This document shows positions 1 to 8,758 of a stretch of 64,000 nt of DNA, one piece after another. The position numbers and the translations under genes were made by a program. Source of the DNA: a virus; IMG/VR virus record IMGVR_UViG_3300031951_000093, positions 15,994-79,993 of that record. One strand, 5' to 3'. The notes under the pieces were generated by a model that did not search any database, was not told the origin of the DNA, and saw nothing but the letters and a program-made list of their open reading frames with translations. Numbering within the stretch: the stretch's first letter is position 1; each line of letters opens with the position of its first letter.

Positions 1-108
1 GACCAGTTCAGCGGTGGTGATCGCGAGAGCAATCAGGGGTGTGATGACGCGGGCTGCAGTTTCCAGATTGCGGCCAATGTTGGCGGAGGAAAAATCAGAT
101 GGTTTCAT
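1..108 (-). CDS. hypothetical protein, runs off the left edge (MKPSDFSSANIGRNLETAARV...)
   Basis: ATG at 106-108 downstream of a repeat/-10 promoter and 5' hairpin; open to window edge. Confidence 0.6.
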   Translation of the reverse strand, partial: MKPSDFSSANIGRNLETAARVITPLIALAITTAELV

Positions 109-200
109 GGCGGAAAAGGGTGTGGTTTGAGTGGATGGTGGCCGGGGCCATCTCAGGGCCTCGCCGGCTGCTGAGGCTGTCTCTGTCGCCTCATGTGCCA

Positions 201-252
201 ATCATAGGGTGCGTTGCCGCCAGGGGGGCGGATCTGTAACAATCTGTTGTAA
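201..252 (-). promoter_or_regulatory. HLR1-like direct repeat + -10 promoter
   Basis: minus strand ACAACAGA-TT-GTTACAGA; TATGAT 34 nt after start of second half-site. Confidence 0.75.
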
Positions 253-267
253 TTGACCTGAGGCATG

Positions 268-291
268 AAAAAGCCCCGAACCTGCGGGGCT
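268..291 (-). terminator. rho-independent terminator
   Basis: GCCCCG-caggtt-CGGGGC followed by TTTTT on minus strand. Confidence 0.8.
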
Positions 292-309
292 GTCGTCAAC
301 GAGCTGTCG

Positions 310-576
310 CTATTTGGCGCGGCGATGATCAAGCGCGTGCATTTCCCATCGCTCGGCATACTCATAAACTCGCTGGAGCATCTGCAGTGCTTCATCACGC
401 TCATTGCGAGCCCGTTGCCATGCGTCGGAACGCTGAGGATAAAAATCCCTTGCATTGCAGGTTGCTGCAACTAAAGCATCAGAGGCTTGGCTAACGGCCT
501 TGCGCACTGCGCGATACTCAGTATATAGGCTATCTGCATCGGTTCCGTTCAGGTGGATTGTTGGAAGGGTGGTCAT
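310..576 (-). CDS. hypothetical phage protein (MTTLPTIHLNGTD...)
   Basis: ORF; start context TGCAAGCCATGACC shared with the ATG at 790; followed by terminator. Confidence 0.75.
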   Translation of the reverse strand: MTTLPTIHLNGTDADSLYTEYRAVRKAVSQASDALVAATCNARDFYPQRSDAWQRARNERDEALQMLQRVYEYAERWEMHALDHRRAK

Positions 577-610
577 GGCTTGCAAGTGAGAAGGTTTGAG
601 CGAAAGGTGG

Positions 611-1165
611 TCAAAATAAGTCAACCAAAAGAGGCCAGTTGGGCATGGAAGGGTCGTAGACCGCTTCAAGAGCCGGCTTAAGGCGCTCCGTTGTGACGCA
701 AAACACGCCACCACCAGGGGTGGGCCAGTCGTGATAGTTCCACCCAACGGAAGTTTGAGCAAGAATCTCTTGGACGGTAGGGGTGGTCATGGCTTGCACA
801 ATAGAAGAGGTAGACCGAGGAGAATTCAAGGGTGAAGCTTGTTGTGGTTGAGCTGTAGCCAAAAAAGGAGCCAAAAAATCCTTGATGTAATCAACCGACT
901 CGCCTTTCGAGGCGAATTGACTGTTAAAAGCCCAATGATATTGCATTAAGCCCTCAAAGGGCTTGTAATCATCTTCGCGATGAATTATCACGATCAATGT
1001 CTCAAATCCTCTTTGACACTGAAAAATTGTGTCTCCGCTTTTTAGCCAATTGTATCTATACGCCGTAAAGGCGGGATGCCATTGAAAAAGATCAATGCAC
1101 CAGCCAGCCGATGCAAGAAGGTCTTGAGCCCTTTGAATTCTATAGGAAGTGAAAGCGTCGGTCAT
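611..1165 (-). CDS. hypothetical protein; last 59 aa (own ATG at 790) paralogous to 21338..21559
   Basis: ORF after promoter at 1215-1265; PTVQEILAQTSVG/LKPALEAVYDPSMPNW resembles PTVEQVLENTAIG/LRPLLESAYDSTCPNW. Confidence 0.65.
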   Translation of the reverse strand: MTDAFTSYRIQRAQDLLASAGWCIDLFQWHPAFTAYRYNWLKSGDTIFQCQRGFETLIVIIHREDDYKPFEGLMQYHWAFNSQFASKGESVDYIKDFLAPFLATAQPQQASPLNSPRSTSSIVQAMTTPTVQEILAQTSVGWNYHDWPTPGGGVFCVTTERLKPALEAVYDPSMPNWPLLVDLF

Positions 1166-1214
1166 GATAGAAGCGCAATTGAGTGCCGGTCGGATCTCTC
1201 CTCCCGATGCACTG

Positions 1215-1265
1215 ATCATAAGACGCAAGGCCAGCGCACGGGATTAACCTGTCGCAATTCGTCAC
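1215..1265 (-). promoter_or_regulatory. HLR1-like direct repeat + -10 promoter
   Basis: GTGACGAA-TT-GCGACAGG, TATGAT at 35 nt, then GGA-GAGA-TCC hairpin. Confidence 0.65.
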
Positions 1266-1306
1266 AAAGCCCACTCAATGCGCTAAACTGCTTAGGCCGA
1301 TACCAA

Positions 1307-1627
1307 ATGGCCATGACTGACTCCCTGCCGTTCGACGCCACCGACACCCCTGATCTGACTGATGATCGCGTGTCTGATGTGATGACACAACTTGATGAAT
1401 GTGAATTTTCGGCGGATGAATATCACAAGCTTGTGGAAACAATTCTGATGTCTTTGGCTGTTAGCTATGAAGACTCTGTTTCTCAAGAAATGGAGCGCGA
1501 GGAAGTTATGTTTTTAACTTCAATGGCAACACGGTTTCAAGGCGCTTATGAATTGATTCATATTGGAGATGACGACGAAGACGATGAAGATGGCGACAAT
1601 GATGACGATTTTGAAGATGATGATTGA
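1307..1627 (+). CDS. highly acidic hypothetical protein
   Basis: ORF with D/E-rich tail, followed by terminator. Confidence 0.7.
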   Translation: MAMTDSLPFDATDTPDLTDDRVSDVMTQLDECEFSADEYHKLVETILMSLAVSYEDSVSQEMEREEVMFLTSMATRFQGAYELIHIGDDDEDDEDGDNDDDFEDDD

Positions 1628-1651
1628 TTGCATCTAGCCAATTCGCAAGAC

Positions 1652-1677
1652 AAGGCTGATAATTGTCAGCCTTTTTT
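1652..1677 (+). terminator. terminator between convergent genes
   Basis: AAGGCTGA-taattg-TCAGCCTT + T run. Confidence 0.7.
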
Positions 1678-2056
1678 ATCGCTTGGGCATATATGAGTGA
1701 AGTTGGTTAATTAATGTCTTTAAGTCATCTTCTGAAAGCGTATCAACAGAATGACCAACTTGTTGCAGCCTGAATCTAGCAGCAACTTGCAATCGCCTCA
1801 TTTGAATAGCTTTTTCAATTTCTTGCTTTTCTTCTTCGGTTGGAATCCACGCAAAAACATGACTCCATGGATCACGACTGCTTCCTCTTAATTCACCATT
1901 TGACTTATTAAATACATGCTTTTCTGTAGCAAACGTTGCCTTGGTTACTTTTGTAACCTCAAGAAGCATGATTGAAGTGCGATCAGTAACAGCAATAATG
2001 TCGCCGATTTTTATGTTTTGAAAGTTTTGGTTTTTCGTTGATTGAAGTAAATTCAT
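1676..2056 (-). CDS. hypothetical phage protein
   Basis: ORF from ATG 2054-2056; TATGAT at 2094-2099 upstream. Confidence 0.7.
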   Translation of the reverse strand: MNLLQSTKNQNFQNIKIGDIIAVTDRTSIMLLEVTKVTKATFATEKHVFNKSNGELRGSSRDPWSHVFAWIPTEEEKQEIEKAIQMRRLQVAARFRLQQVGHSVDTLSEDDLKTLINQLHSYMPKR

Positions 2057-2165
2057 GGAAATAGAAAGGGCTAAACTGCTTACCCTTTCTTGGATCATAG
2101 CGCAGAGCAAAACAACCAGCGCCGTGCTGATGTAAAACTTTACAATTGTAATTGCGTCAAAACAC

Positions 2166-2190
2166 AAAAAAGCCCGGACTTGCCGGGCTT
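2166..2190 (-). terminator. rho-independent terminator
   Basis: AAGCCCGG-caagt-CCGGGCTT + T run. Confidence 0.8.
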
Positions 2191-2211
2191 GATTACAATT
2201 GCGTGAGCTGA

Positions 2212-3192
2212 TCAATTCACCCCACATAACTGCAGAGCGCTGGCCCTGGCTCGTTCGACCACGCGGCTACCCTGCCCCCAGGTGGCAGATTGAAAGCGGG
2301 TGGACAGCTTGCCATCGCGCAAGCTGGTTTCGACTTCCGTCACAGCGTTATATCCGCCCCATACGGTATTCTGAACGCCATCAAAATGTGTCCCATATCC
2401 ACCAGCATAAGCATTACGCAGTTTTTCCCACTTGCGAGGAGAATCTTCAATCGTGCCATGCCTGATACCTTCAGGAGTTGCAACAGATGGCAAGTTATAA
2501 AGATGACCAAGCCATGTTTTATAACTTTCAAAATCCATTGGTGTTTCCGCCATGCGCTTATATTCTTCTACGTGCTTACCAAATGTTTGACGAGCAACGT
2601 CGATATTGCGCATAATTTCATCAATTTGTGCAATACCAATTTTTGTATGATTGACGGAAAACTGCTTGCCAGTTCGTGCGCCATCTGCCTGGGCAAAGCC
2701 TAAAGTATTTTGACAAACAACACGAATATCTGTAAACATTCCGCCAAATGATGTCATTCCATCATGGCCAAGATAACCAACAAAATTACGATGAATTTTG
2801 TCACCTTCAACAATACTTGCATCAGTACCAAGAATTTTGCCGGTAAAGGCAATCTTGGCGCCTTTTTTAAGTACAACCACCGTATCCATAATGATGTCAT
2901 CACGAAGCATTTCAGCCAATTGGCATAATGTTTCGTTTTGGATCAATTCATACTGCGGCGAAACAGTGCCCAAAACTTCATTATTGTCCATACGACAAAC
3001 AGCAACACGTTGGTCAATTTGCTGATAAACGTCTTCGTTCTTAACAAATAGCGGACGCTTTTCGACTTCAAACAATGCGCCAGCGCGAGTGAAAGCCTCG
3101 CGAGCCGGCAAAGTGCCTTCAATGACTTCGCCGAGACCGTGCCAGGCACGCTCGCCATTCATCATGATGCCGGAGTGAAAGTTGTGAGCCAT
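2212..3192 (-). CDS. DUF932 (phage/plasmid-like TIGR03299) family protein
   Basis: AWHGLG N-terminus, YELIQN, HDG, IRVVCQNTL, TVWGGYNAVTE motifs. Confidence 0.9.
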   Translation of the reverse strand: MAHNFHSGIMMNGERAWHGLGEVIEGTLPAREAFTRAGALFEVEKRPLFVKNEDVYQQIDQRVAVCRMDNNEVLGTVSPQYELIQNETLCQLAEMLRDDIIMDTVVVLKKGAKIAFTGKILGTDASIVEGDKIHRNFVGYLGHDGMTSFGGMFTDIRVVCQNTLGFAQADGARTGKQFSVNHTKIGIAQIDEIMRNIDVARQTFGKHVEEYKRMAETPMDFESYKTWLGHLYNLPSVATPEGIRHGTIEDSPRKWEKLRNAYAGGYGTHFDGVQNTVWGGYNAVTEVETSLRDGKLSTRFQSATWGQGSRVVERARASALQLCGVN

Positions 3193-3240
3193 GGTCGTGG
3201 GGATAGGGTTTGCGTCGGGCTTTGTCCGCCTGACTCCCGA

Positions 3241-3291
3241 ATCATATGCGCAGGATGCGACGGGATGGGTGGCCCTGTAACACTCTGTTGT
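3241..3291 (-). promoter_or_regulatory. HLR1-like direct repeat + -10 promoter
   Basis: ACAACAGA-GT-GTTACAGG, TATGAT at 35 nt. Confidence 0.75.
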
Positions 3292-3313
3292 AATCCCCTA
3301 CCAGTCTCCGATC

Positions 3314-3532
3314 TCATGGCACAGGCAATCCGCTTTCCAAGCGATCAAGAACGGCAGGATCTACATAGAAAACCTCCCCTCCTTTGTACAGACACGCTTG
3401 TCCAGGGCGTGGGCCTGGTTGGATCGGGGGAATCAACCGCTCTGCGTCTGCGAGCTGCCTTAAAAATTCTTCAGGGCTAATGCCGCGTGAGGGGTTCATG
3501 GGTTGGCGTTTGGCGTTGGTGGGGTCAGTCAT
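3314..3532 (-). CDS. hypothetical protein
   Basis: ORF overlapping upstream stop in a tight minus-strand operon. Confidence 0.55.
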   Translation of the reverse strand: MTDPTNAKRQPMNPSRGISPEEFLRQLADAERLIPPIQPGPRPGQACLYKGGEVFYVDPAVLDRLESGLPVP

Positions 3533-3710
3533 TGGCATTCTCCTTTTCGTTCTCAAAACGATTCAAAGCTACAAAAAGATACTCAGGTATTTCTTCCCAC
3601 CAACAATTGTCGTAATTCTCAATGCCCCAGTAAAAACGACCGCCTTCTTGTTTTACCTCAAGGTTGCCATAGTAGTTGCCAATAGTCCCAACTTTTCTTA
3701 TGTTAGCCAT
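3525..3710 (-). CDS. hypothetical phage protein (IGNYYGNLEVK...YWGIENYD)
   Basis: ORF coupled to neighbours. Confidence 0.7.
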   Translation of the reverse strand: MANIRKVGTIGNYYGNLEVKQEGGRFYWGIENYDNCWWEEIPEYLFVALNRFENEKENAND

Positions 3711-3918
3711 CGGCCTGCTTCTTGCCTGCCAGTGCGTCACACACGGCCTGCTGATTGGCCGCCACAGCAAGAAGCTCACGCCGGATCTTGCGGCGCTCGC
3801 CCTGGCGCTGGTGATGCGCATCAGCATAAAAGGCCGGAAGATTCTCCTCTTCAGGGAGAACCGCGTCTACCACCAGGCGTATCAGGGGCGCGTAATCGAC
3901 GGGGGCGGGGGTGGTCAT
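3703..3918 (-). CDS. hypothetical protein
   Basis: ORF in operon. Confidence 0.6.
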   Translation of the reverse strand: MTTPAPVDYAPLIRLVVDAVLPEEENLPAFYADAHHQRQGERRKIRRELLAVAANQQAVCDALAGKKQADG

Positions 3919-3934
3919 GAGGGGGCGTGGCGGA

Positions 3935-4108
3935 TTAAAGTGTTGTTGAGTTAAGAAGAATCATTACAACCGCTAAAGACAGTAATTTTATCGGAGGCTG
4001 ATTTGTGCTTCCATGTAAAATCCAATTAAGAATAAACATGGAAATACAAAAGGCGGCAAGTGATTTTAGCAGCCAACTAAGAATCCTGAGGAATTTAAGA
4101 AAATCCAT
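3935..4108 (-). CDS. small two-TM membrane protein
   Basis: two hydrophobic stretches. Confidence 0.5.
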   Translation of the reverse strand: MDFLKFLRILSWLLKSLAAFCISMFILNWILHGSTNQPPIKLLSLAVVMILLNSTTL

Positions 4109-4623
4109 AGTGCGGTGGGGTGGTGTGGTGAATAGATAGCGCATTCTGCGCAGCATCAGCGGCAAGAGAAACGCGCCGATAAGCAGGGCTCCAGCCCCCG
4201 CGGCTTCGGATGTGATCTGCGGCTTCGATTAGGGCAAAGTGAGCGGCTTGCAGGGCTTTTCTTAGATCGGCGGCGGTTGCGTTGGCTGCCATTGGGAAGA
4301 TGCGGTGGGGTAGGGTGGGGTGGGGTGATGTGGCGCCATCACAGATGTCACCAGTATTCATCTCGCTCTCTAAACCAGCGCTTAACATGACGTTGAATGC
4401 GACGGCACTTTTCCTGGCCCTTTCCTGCTACCAGGGGAGGATTGCAAGACTCAGGGCTAAACCTATGACACGAGCCAAGCGGAACCGGATGAATTGACGG
4501 CCAGTCAATCCATGGCCAAGCCATAGTTCTTGCAAAGGATTGGGCGGCAGATTGACAGGCAAAAAGATAATCGGCGTGTTCTGTTTCAACAACGTAAATA
4601 GGCTTGATCATTAGAGGATGTGC

Positions 4624-4663
4624 GGTGGCGTGATGTGAGCCGTCGGAATAGGCCCGGCGGATG
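4624..4663. repeat. 40-bp direct repeat copy 1 (copy 2 at 4960..4999)
   Basis: GGTGGCGTGATGTGAGCCGTYGGAATAGGCCCGGCGGATG, 39/40 identical. Confidence 0.9.
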
Positions 4664-4667
4664 ATAA

Positions 4668-4943
4668 TCAAGAATGCCAAAAGTCAAGGCTTTCTTCGTC
4701 TTGATACCCTTTTCTAAAAGTTCCGGGGGGCAGTGGAAAAATAATCCCCCAAAAACCTTTGTTATAGTCTGAGCGCGTTACTACAAATACTTCTATTTTT
4801 TCATCTTCAAGATCTGGAAAATCTTGCTTGGCTTGTGCCGCTAATTTGTTAATAAAAACTATATCATGTCGATAGCTGTTAAAAGACATAATAATTCCTT
4901 CGCAGCTAGACCGATTGTGAAGAATTCGCTTGTCGTAAGCCAT
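4668..4943 (-). CDS. hypothetical protein flanked by 40-bp repeats
   Basis: AT-rich ORF between repeats. Confidence 0.7.
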   Translation of the reverse strand: MAYDKRILHNRSSCEGIIMSFNSYRHDIVFINKLAAQAKQDFPDLEDEKIEVFVVTRSDYNKGFWGIIFPLPPGTFRKGYQDEESLDFWHS

Positions 4944-4959
4944 GATCTTGGGTGTGTGG

Positions 4960-4999
4960 GGTGGCGTGATGTGAGCCGTTGGAATAGGCCCGGCGGATG
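4960..4999. repeat. 40-bp direct repeat copy 2
   Basis: see copy 1. Confidence 0.9.
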
Positions 5000-5005
5000 G
5001 TGGTG

Positions 5006-5536
5006 TCAGGAATTAACGAATACTGGCCGCTCGCAATTTTCAACGGCCCAGCGTAGCCAATAGGCCAGCCATTCGCCACGGCACAAATTGGGGTCATAGC
5101 GAGGATCATCAACGTAGTCATCAGGGTTATACCAGTTGATGTCATTTTTCTCGATACCCTCTTTCAATGGCGCATACTGAGCGATATGATCTGGATGCTT
5201 TGCTTTGTAAGCGGCAAGACGGCGCTCAACTTCTTCAACATGCTCAATGGTAATCGGCGCCGCTCTTGAGTATTCAGACATTAACGGATACCGCGTATTT
5301 CCATTGATTTCTGTTTCATCTGATCCACCGTTTTTGCTGTCAAACATGATATGCAGCAAGCCAAGGCTTTTCATGCTTTTGTGCCAACCCTTATAAGATG
5401 GCCATCTTTGATTTTCGCAGTCAGTCGGTTCGCCATAGGCTGGAGCATCATCGTGCCTGACTAATTTGCAATTAATTTCTACAGATTCTTCATTGTAATC
5501 TATTGATGCTTCTCCGATTCGCAAGTTGTGTCCCAT
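5006..5536 (-). CDS. hypothetical phage protein (MGHNLRIGEA...WLAYWLRWAVENCERPVFVNS)
   Basis: ORF after promoter at 5643-5702. Confidence 0.75.
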   Translation of the reverse strand: MGHNLRIGEASIDYNEESVEINCKLVRHDDAPAYGEPTDCENQRWPSYKGWHKSMKSLGLLHIMFDSKNGGSDETEINGNTRYPLMSEYSRAAPITIEHVEEVERRLAAYKAKHPDHIAQYAPLKEGIEKNDINWYNPDDYVDDPRYDPNLCRGEWLAYWLRWAVENCERPVFVNS

Positions 5537-5642
5537 GGGTGCGTGCGCAATGGAATAGTGTGCCGAGAATGCCGACAATCTGGCAGGCTCTCGGCGGGCC
5601 AGGGCCTAAGCCCGGAGGAGGCGGTTGCCTCCCAATGCACAC

Positions 5643-5766
5643 ACCCTAACCCCTGCCATCGTGATCTGCGCTGATCCCGTCAAGCATTTCACAATCTGTA
5701 ACAATTGCCAGGCATGTTTCAAATTGCAACAGCATAACCACAAGCGGCGCACATGTGCCATATAAT
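5643..5766. promoter_or_regulatory. back-to-back HLR1-like promoters
   Basis: minus: GTTACAGA-TT-GTGAAATG with TAGGGT at 44 nt; plus: GTTTCAAA-TT-GCAACAGC with TATAAT at 35 nt. Confidence 0.7.
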
Positions 5767-5772
5767 GATTTT

Positions 5773-5890
5773 CGAGGGGGAGACACCTCGCAAAACATAG
5801 TCCTCCGGTAACAGCTCACACGGCCGGATACCAATCGAGAGCAACATGGCCTGAATAAGCCTCTATTGCTGGTTGGGCCGGCATTAAATT
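5773..5890 (+). ncRNA. candidate small structured RNA
   Basis: promoter with perfect TATAAT, no usable ORF before the convergent gene, three hairpins. Confidence 0.45.
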
Positions 5891-5894
5891 TTTG

Positions 5895-6365
5895 TTATGA
5901 TTTTGAAGTAATTTGTGATGCCTCTCCACGCTTCGCCATGCGATCATAAAGAATTACATTAACAGTTGCAGCTAAATTCATGCAATAATGTGTAGGAACA
6001 TATATTATATCCTGGCACCATTCAATGGTTTTGATTCCCAGTGTGCTATCTTCCGGGCCAAAAATATAAAACGCACGCTCAGGGTGAGTGTATTCAGGTA
6101 ATGGTGTTGCGCCATCAATTAAATCAACCGCTACAGGCACAGCGCCATAAGGTACAACATCGCGCAGATCAGTGCATTCAATTAGTGGTGTATGGCGATG
6201 CTGTTTTTGTGTATCTACACAAGAAGGGCTAAACCTTTTGCCGGATATACATATAAGCGATGCACCATAACAACCTGCGGCACGCAATACACTACCTACA
6301 TTAGCTGCTGTTTTAGGCTGATGAAGACCAATCGCAGCATAACCACGATGAAGGTTTGTGATCAT
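5895..6365 (-). CDS. SpoU/TrmH-family (SPOUT) RNA methyltransferase
   Basis: NVGSVLRAAGCYG, YIFGPED, CMNLAATVNVILYDR motifs. Confidence 0.88.
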   Translation of the reverse strand: MITNLHRGYAAIGLHQPKTAANVGSVLRAAGCYGASLICISGKRFSPSCVDTQKQHRHTPLIECTDLRDVVPYGAVPVAVDLIDGATPLPEYTHPERAFYIFGPEDSTLGIKTIEWCQDIIYVPTHYCMNLAATVNVILYDRMAKRGEASQITSKS

Positions 6366-6386
6366 TAGTTGAAGCGTTAAAAATGC

Positions 6387-6436
6387 AATCTACAGTGATC
6401 AGCGCTTTGCCGGCAAAATCCGTAACACATCGTTAC
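6387..6436 (-). promoter_or_regulatory. HLR1-like direct repeat + -10 promoter
   Basis: GTAACGAT-GT-GTTACGGA, TAGATT at 34 nt. Confidence 0.55.
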
Positions 6437-6512
6437 GCTGCGCATTGCAGTGATCTGTTACAATAGAACACGAGTCACAGCACTAGCCACTCAGAACCCT
6501 GCCTTCTCCCTT

Positions 6513-7238
6513 ATGGATCCACGTTTTCGCGTTGAAATCATCGCTCAAACGCCTAATCCCCAGCAGTGCATGTATGCCGCAATGCATCAGGATTATAGTG
6601 AAGGTTTTGTGTATGATGAGCGTGATAAATGGCCGGATGAAACTAAAGCTGGGGAGATCTGTGTTAAGCGATTATTGAATGGAGAACGTGGGCATTATGG
6701 AATACTGGAGCATCAGCAAATTATCCTTAATTGTGGGTACTTTCCCCATTCCGTAATGCAGCAAGCTCGGACACACAGGGTAGGCGTAAGTATGGATTGT
6801 CAGTCGATGCGTTATACTGGAGATCGTATCTGCAGAGCTGCTAGTGGCGAATTACATCTTGAAGATGTATTCTATTTGCGGCCATTGGGTCATTATACTG
6901 ACCGTCAAGGCAAAAAATATGAATACACACACAATCAGCGCGGAGAAGATCTTCATATCTGCAGCGTCGCTGCTGAACGCTATCGCAACCTAATCGAAGC
7001 CGGATACGCTGAAGAACACGCACGCGGAATCCTTCCCTTTGATTATAGGCAGCACTTTGTAGTTAGCTTTAATGCGCGATCATTTATGCACTTCCTTGAT
7101 TTGCGTGCAAAATTAGATGCTCAGCTAGAAATCAGACAGCTTTGTGATCTGATGTGGCCGCATTTCAAGGCTTGGGTGCCGCAAATTGCGGAATGGTATG
7201 AAAAGGCGCGATTGCATAAGGCACGGTTGGCGCCATAA
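6513..7238 (+). CDS. thyX: FAD-dependent thymidylate synthase (cyanobacterial type)
   Basis: GHYGILEH, QARTHRVGVSMDCQSMRY, DAQLEIR motifs. Confidence 0.95.
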   Translation: MDPRFRVEIIAQTPNPQQCMYAAMHQDYSEGFVYDERDKWPDETKAGEICVKRLLNGERGHYGILEHQQIILNCGYFPHSVMQQARTHRVGVSMDCQSMRYTGDRICRAASGELHLEDVFYLRPLGHYTDRQGKKYEYTHNQRGEDLHICSVAAERYRNLIEAGYAEEHARGILPFDYRQHFVVSFNARSFMHFLDLRAKLDAQLEIRQLCDLMWPHFKAWVPQIAEWYEKARLHKARLAP

Positions 7239-7243
7239 GGATT

Positions 7244-7293
7244 GTTTCAATTTGTAACCGCTTAGGTGATGGCGTGCAAGGCAGGCTTATGAT
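7244..7293 (+). promoter_or_regulatory. HLR1-like direct repeat + -10 promoter
   Basis: GTTTCAAT-TT-GTAACCGC, TATGAT at 34 nt, then hairpin. Confidence 0.7.
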
Positions 7294-7344
7294 TGCGTGT
7301 GAAGGGCGGCACAGATTTATGGCTGCCTTCTTTTGAAAAGCATC

Positions 7345-7509
7345 ATGAATTCACAAGCCTTAAAAAAAGGAATCATTTGCTGGGTTTCTACCGTAACCGG
7401 CAAGACTGGGCATGGTAAACCGCTATCTCTTGAGGATGCCAATCGCCTGGCTCGCCAAGCCAACGCAAAAAATCCCCTAATTATTTACACAGTCAAAGAG
7501 GTGCAATGA
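7345..7509 (+). CDS. small hypothetical protein (MNSQALKKGIICWVSTVTGKTGHG...)
   Basis: 54-aa ORF read manually; ATGA overlap with next gene. Confidence 0.65.
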   Translation: MNSQALKKGIICWVSTVTGKTGHGKPLSLEDANRLARQANAKNPLIIYTVKEVQ

Positions 7510-8150
7510 CAACTCACAAATTTAGCAACATGACTCACGCTATGCCATCAGAATTGCGTCGATTTGTTGATTTTCTTGCCGCCAACCCATCACCAGTTGA
7601 TGTAGTTGAAGGCAAATTTTATATGGTGCCTTGTGTAGCGCAGCCGAAGAATGCCATGCCAAATGATCATCCTGCTTATGTTCCGCTAATCGGAACTGTG
7701 CACGAAGATCGAGACGTGATTGGGTTTGATCCCTGGCATGTGCATGTAGACACTAGATTTATCACATATAAACGTCATTACTTAGCCTATCGTAACCTTG
7801 GTTATCCAGTTAGCCTAACCAATCATCCATGGCTGACCGAAAAATGGCCCGAAGAAGAGCTTAATCCATGGGCTTATTCAGAGCTATCAGTAAGACGCTT
7901 TAAAGCTCGCCGATCAGCACCGCCCTGGATGCCGCCAAATGCTGCTAGATGGCAACGCGATCTAGAAGACGCCTACGCTGGCGCTAGCGCCGCGTGTGGC
8001 GTCTGCCCCCACCGTCAACTCCCGCTGGCCGCTGGCCGCGACGTGGGCAATGGTGTGCGCCAATGTTCTGGTCATGGGCTGTGCTGGAATCGTGATGGGC
8101 GCATGGTGCGCCAGGTGGCATCGCAAGCTGTTCAAATTCGTTGGTGTTGA
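7506..8150 (+). CDS. protein with C-terminal Rieske [2Fe-2S]-like domain
   Basis: CPHRQLPL...CSGHGLCWNRDG matches CxH...CxxH. Confidence 0.7.
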   Translation: MTTHKFSNMTHAMPSELRRFVDFLAANPSPVDVVEGKFYMVPCVAQPKNAMPNDHPAYVPLIGTVHEDRDVIGFDPWHVHVDTRFITYKRHYLAYRNLGYPVSLTNHPWLTEKWPEEELNPWAYSELSVRRFKARRSAPPWMPPNAARWQRDLEDAYAGASAACGVCPHRQLPLAAGRDVGNGVRQCSGHGLCWNRDGRMVRQVASQAVQIRWC

Positions 8151-8317
8151 TTTTGTAAGAAGCCATGATTACTTTGCAAATGCTCAGTGCATTCGATAGG
8201 TTAATCACAAAGCCTGCTGGCCACCGTGGCTTGACTTGTTACAAGGCTTAACATTTGCAAAATGTTAAGGGCACCAATTCAGAATTGAACTATCCACATT
8301 ATAGCACAAATCAGCCA

Positions 8318-8758
8318 TCACTCTTCCAGTGCGATCAAAGTAATCAAAACCCCCGGCAACTCACTACCAACACAATAGCGCTTGCTCGTATTACCATCTA
8401 CAATATAGCTATCGTCTTTGTAAAGCACACCCGTCAAAGCATCGCTTATTCCACGCAATAACTTATCCCTGTCGGGGCGTGTCTTCATGTATTTAGGCGC
8501 ATTAGGCTTCAGCCCTTTCTTGTTGAAATGTGACCTAGGTCTTTGAAATATAAAAACAGCGCTCATTGATACGGCACCTTCTATCATTGCAATATCAAGA
8601 TCAATAGCTACACTTGTGACAAGATCGCGCCATTCTTCTAGTTGTTTGCATGTTTCAATCAATATAGCTCTACCTTCTTTATTTTTGCCAACATATTTCT
8701 TTGATCCTTGTGGCGCAGGATTCATCCCTCGCACTTCAAATGTGATTGCATTGGTCAC
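8318..8758 (-). CDS. rusA: RusA-family Holliday junction resolvase
   Basis: PAPQGSK, RPDRDKLLRGISDALTGVLYKDDS. Confidence 0.9.
   Translation of the reverse strand: MTNAITFEVRGMNPAPQGSKKYVGKNKEGRAILIETCKQLEEWRDLVTSVAIDLDIAMIEGAVSMSAVFIFQRPRSHFNKKGLKPNAPKYMKTRPDRDKLLRGISDALTGVLYKDDSYIVDGNTSKRYCVGSELPGVLITLIALEE

Noticed and set aside
166-180. 15-bp match GGCTGCTGAGGCTGT with 11656-11670
   Set aside because: Single short match with no supporting context.
2094-2155. Member of the HLR1-like promoter set
   Set aside because: A -10 is present but half-site spacing (37 nt) and period do not fit.
6422-6436. NtcA site
   Set aside because: GTA-N9-TAC has the wrong spacing; better explained as the 10-bp direct repeat.
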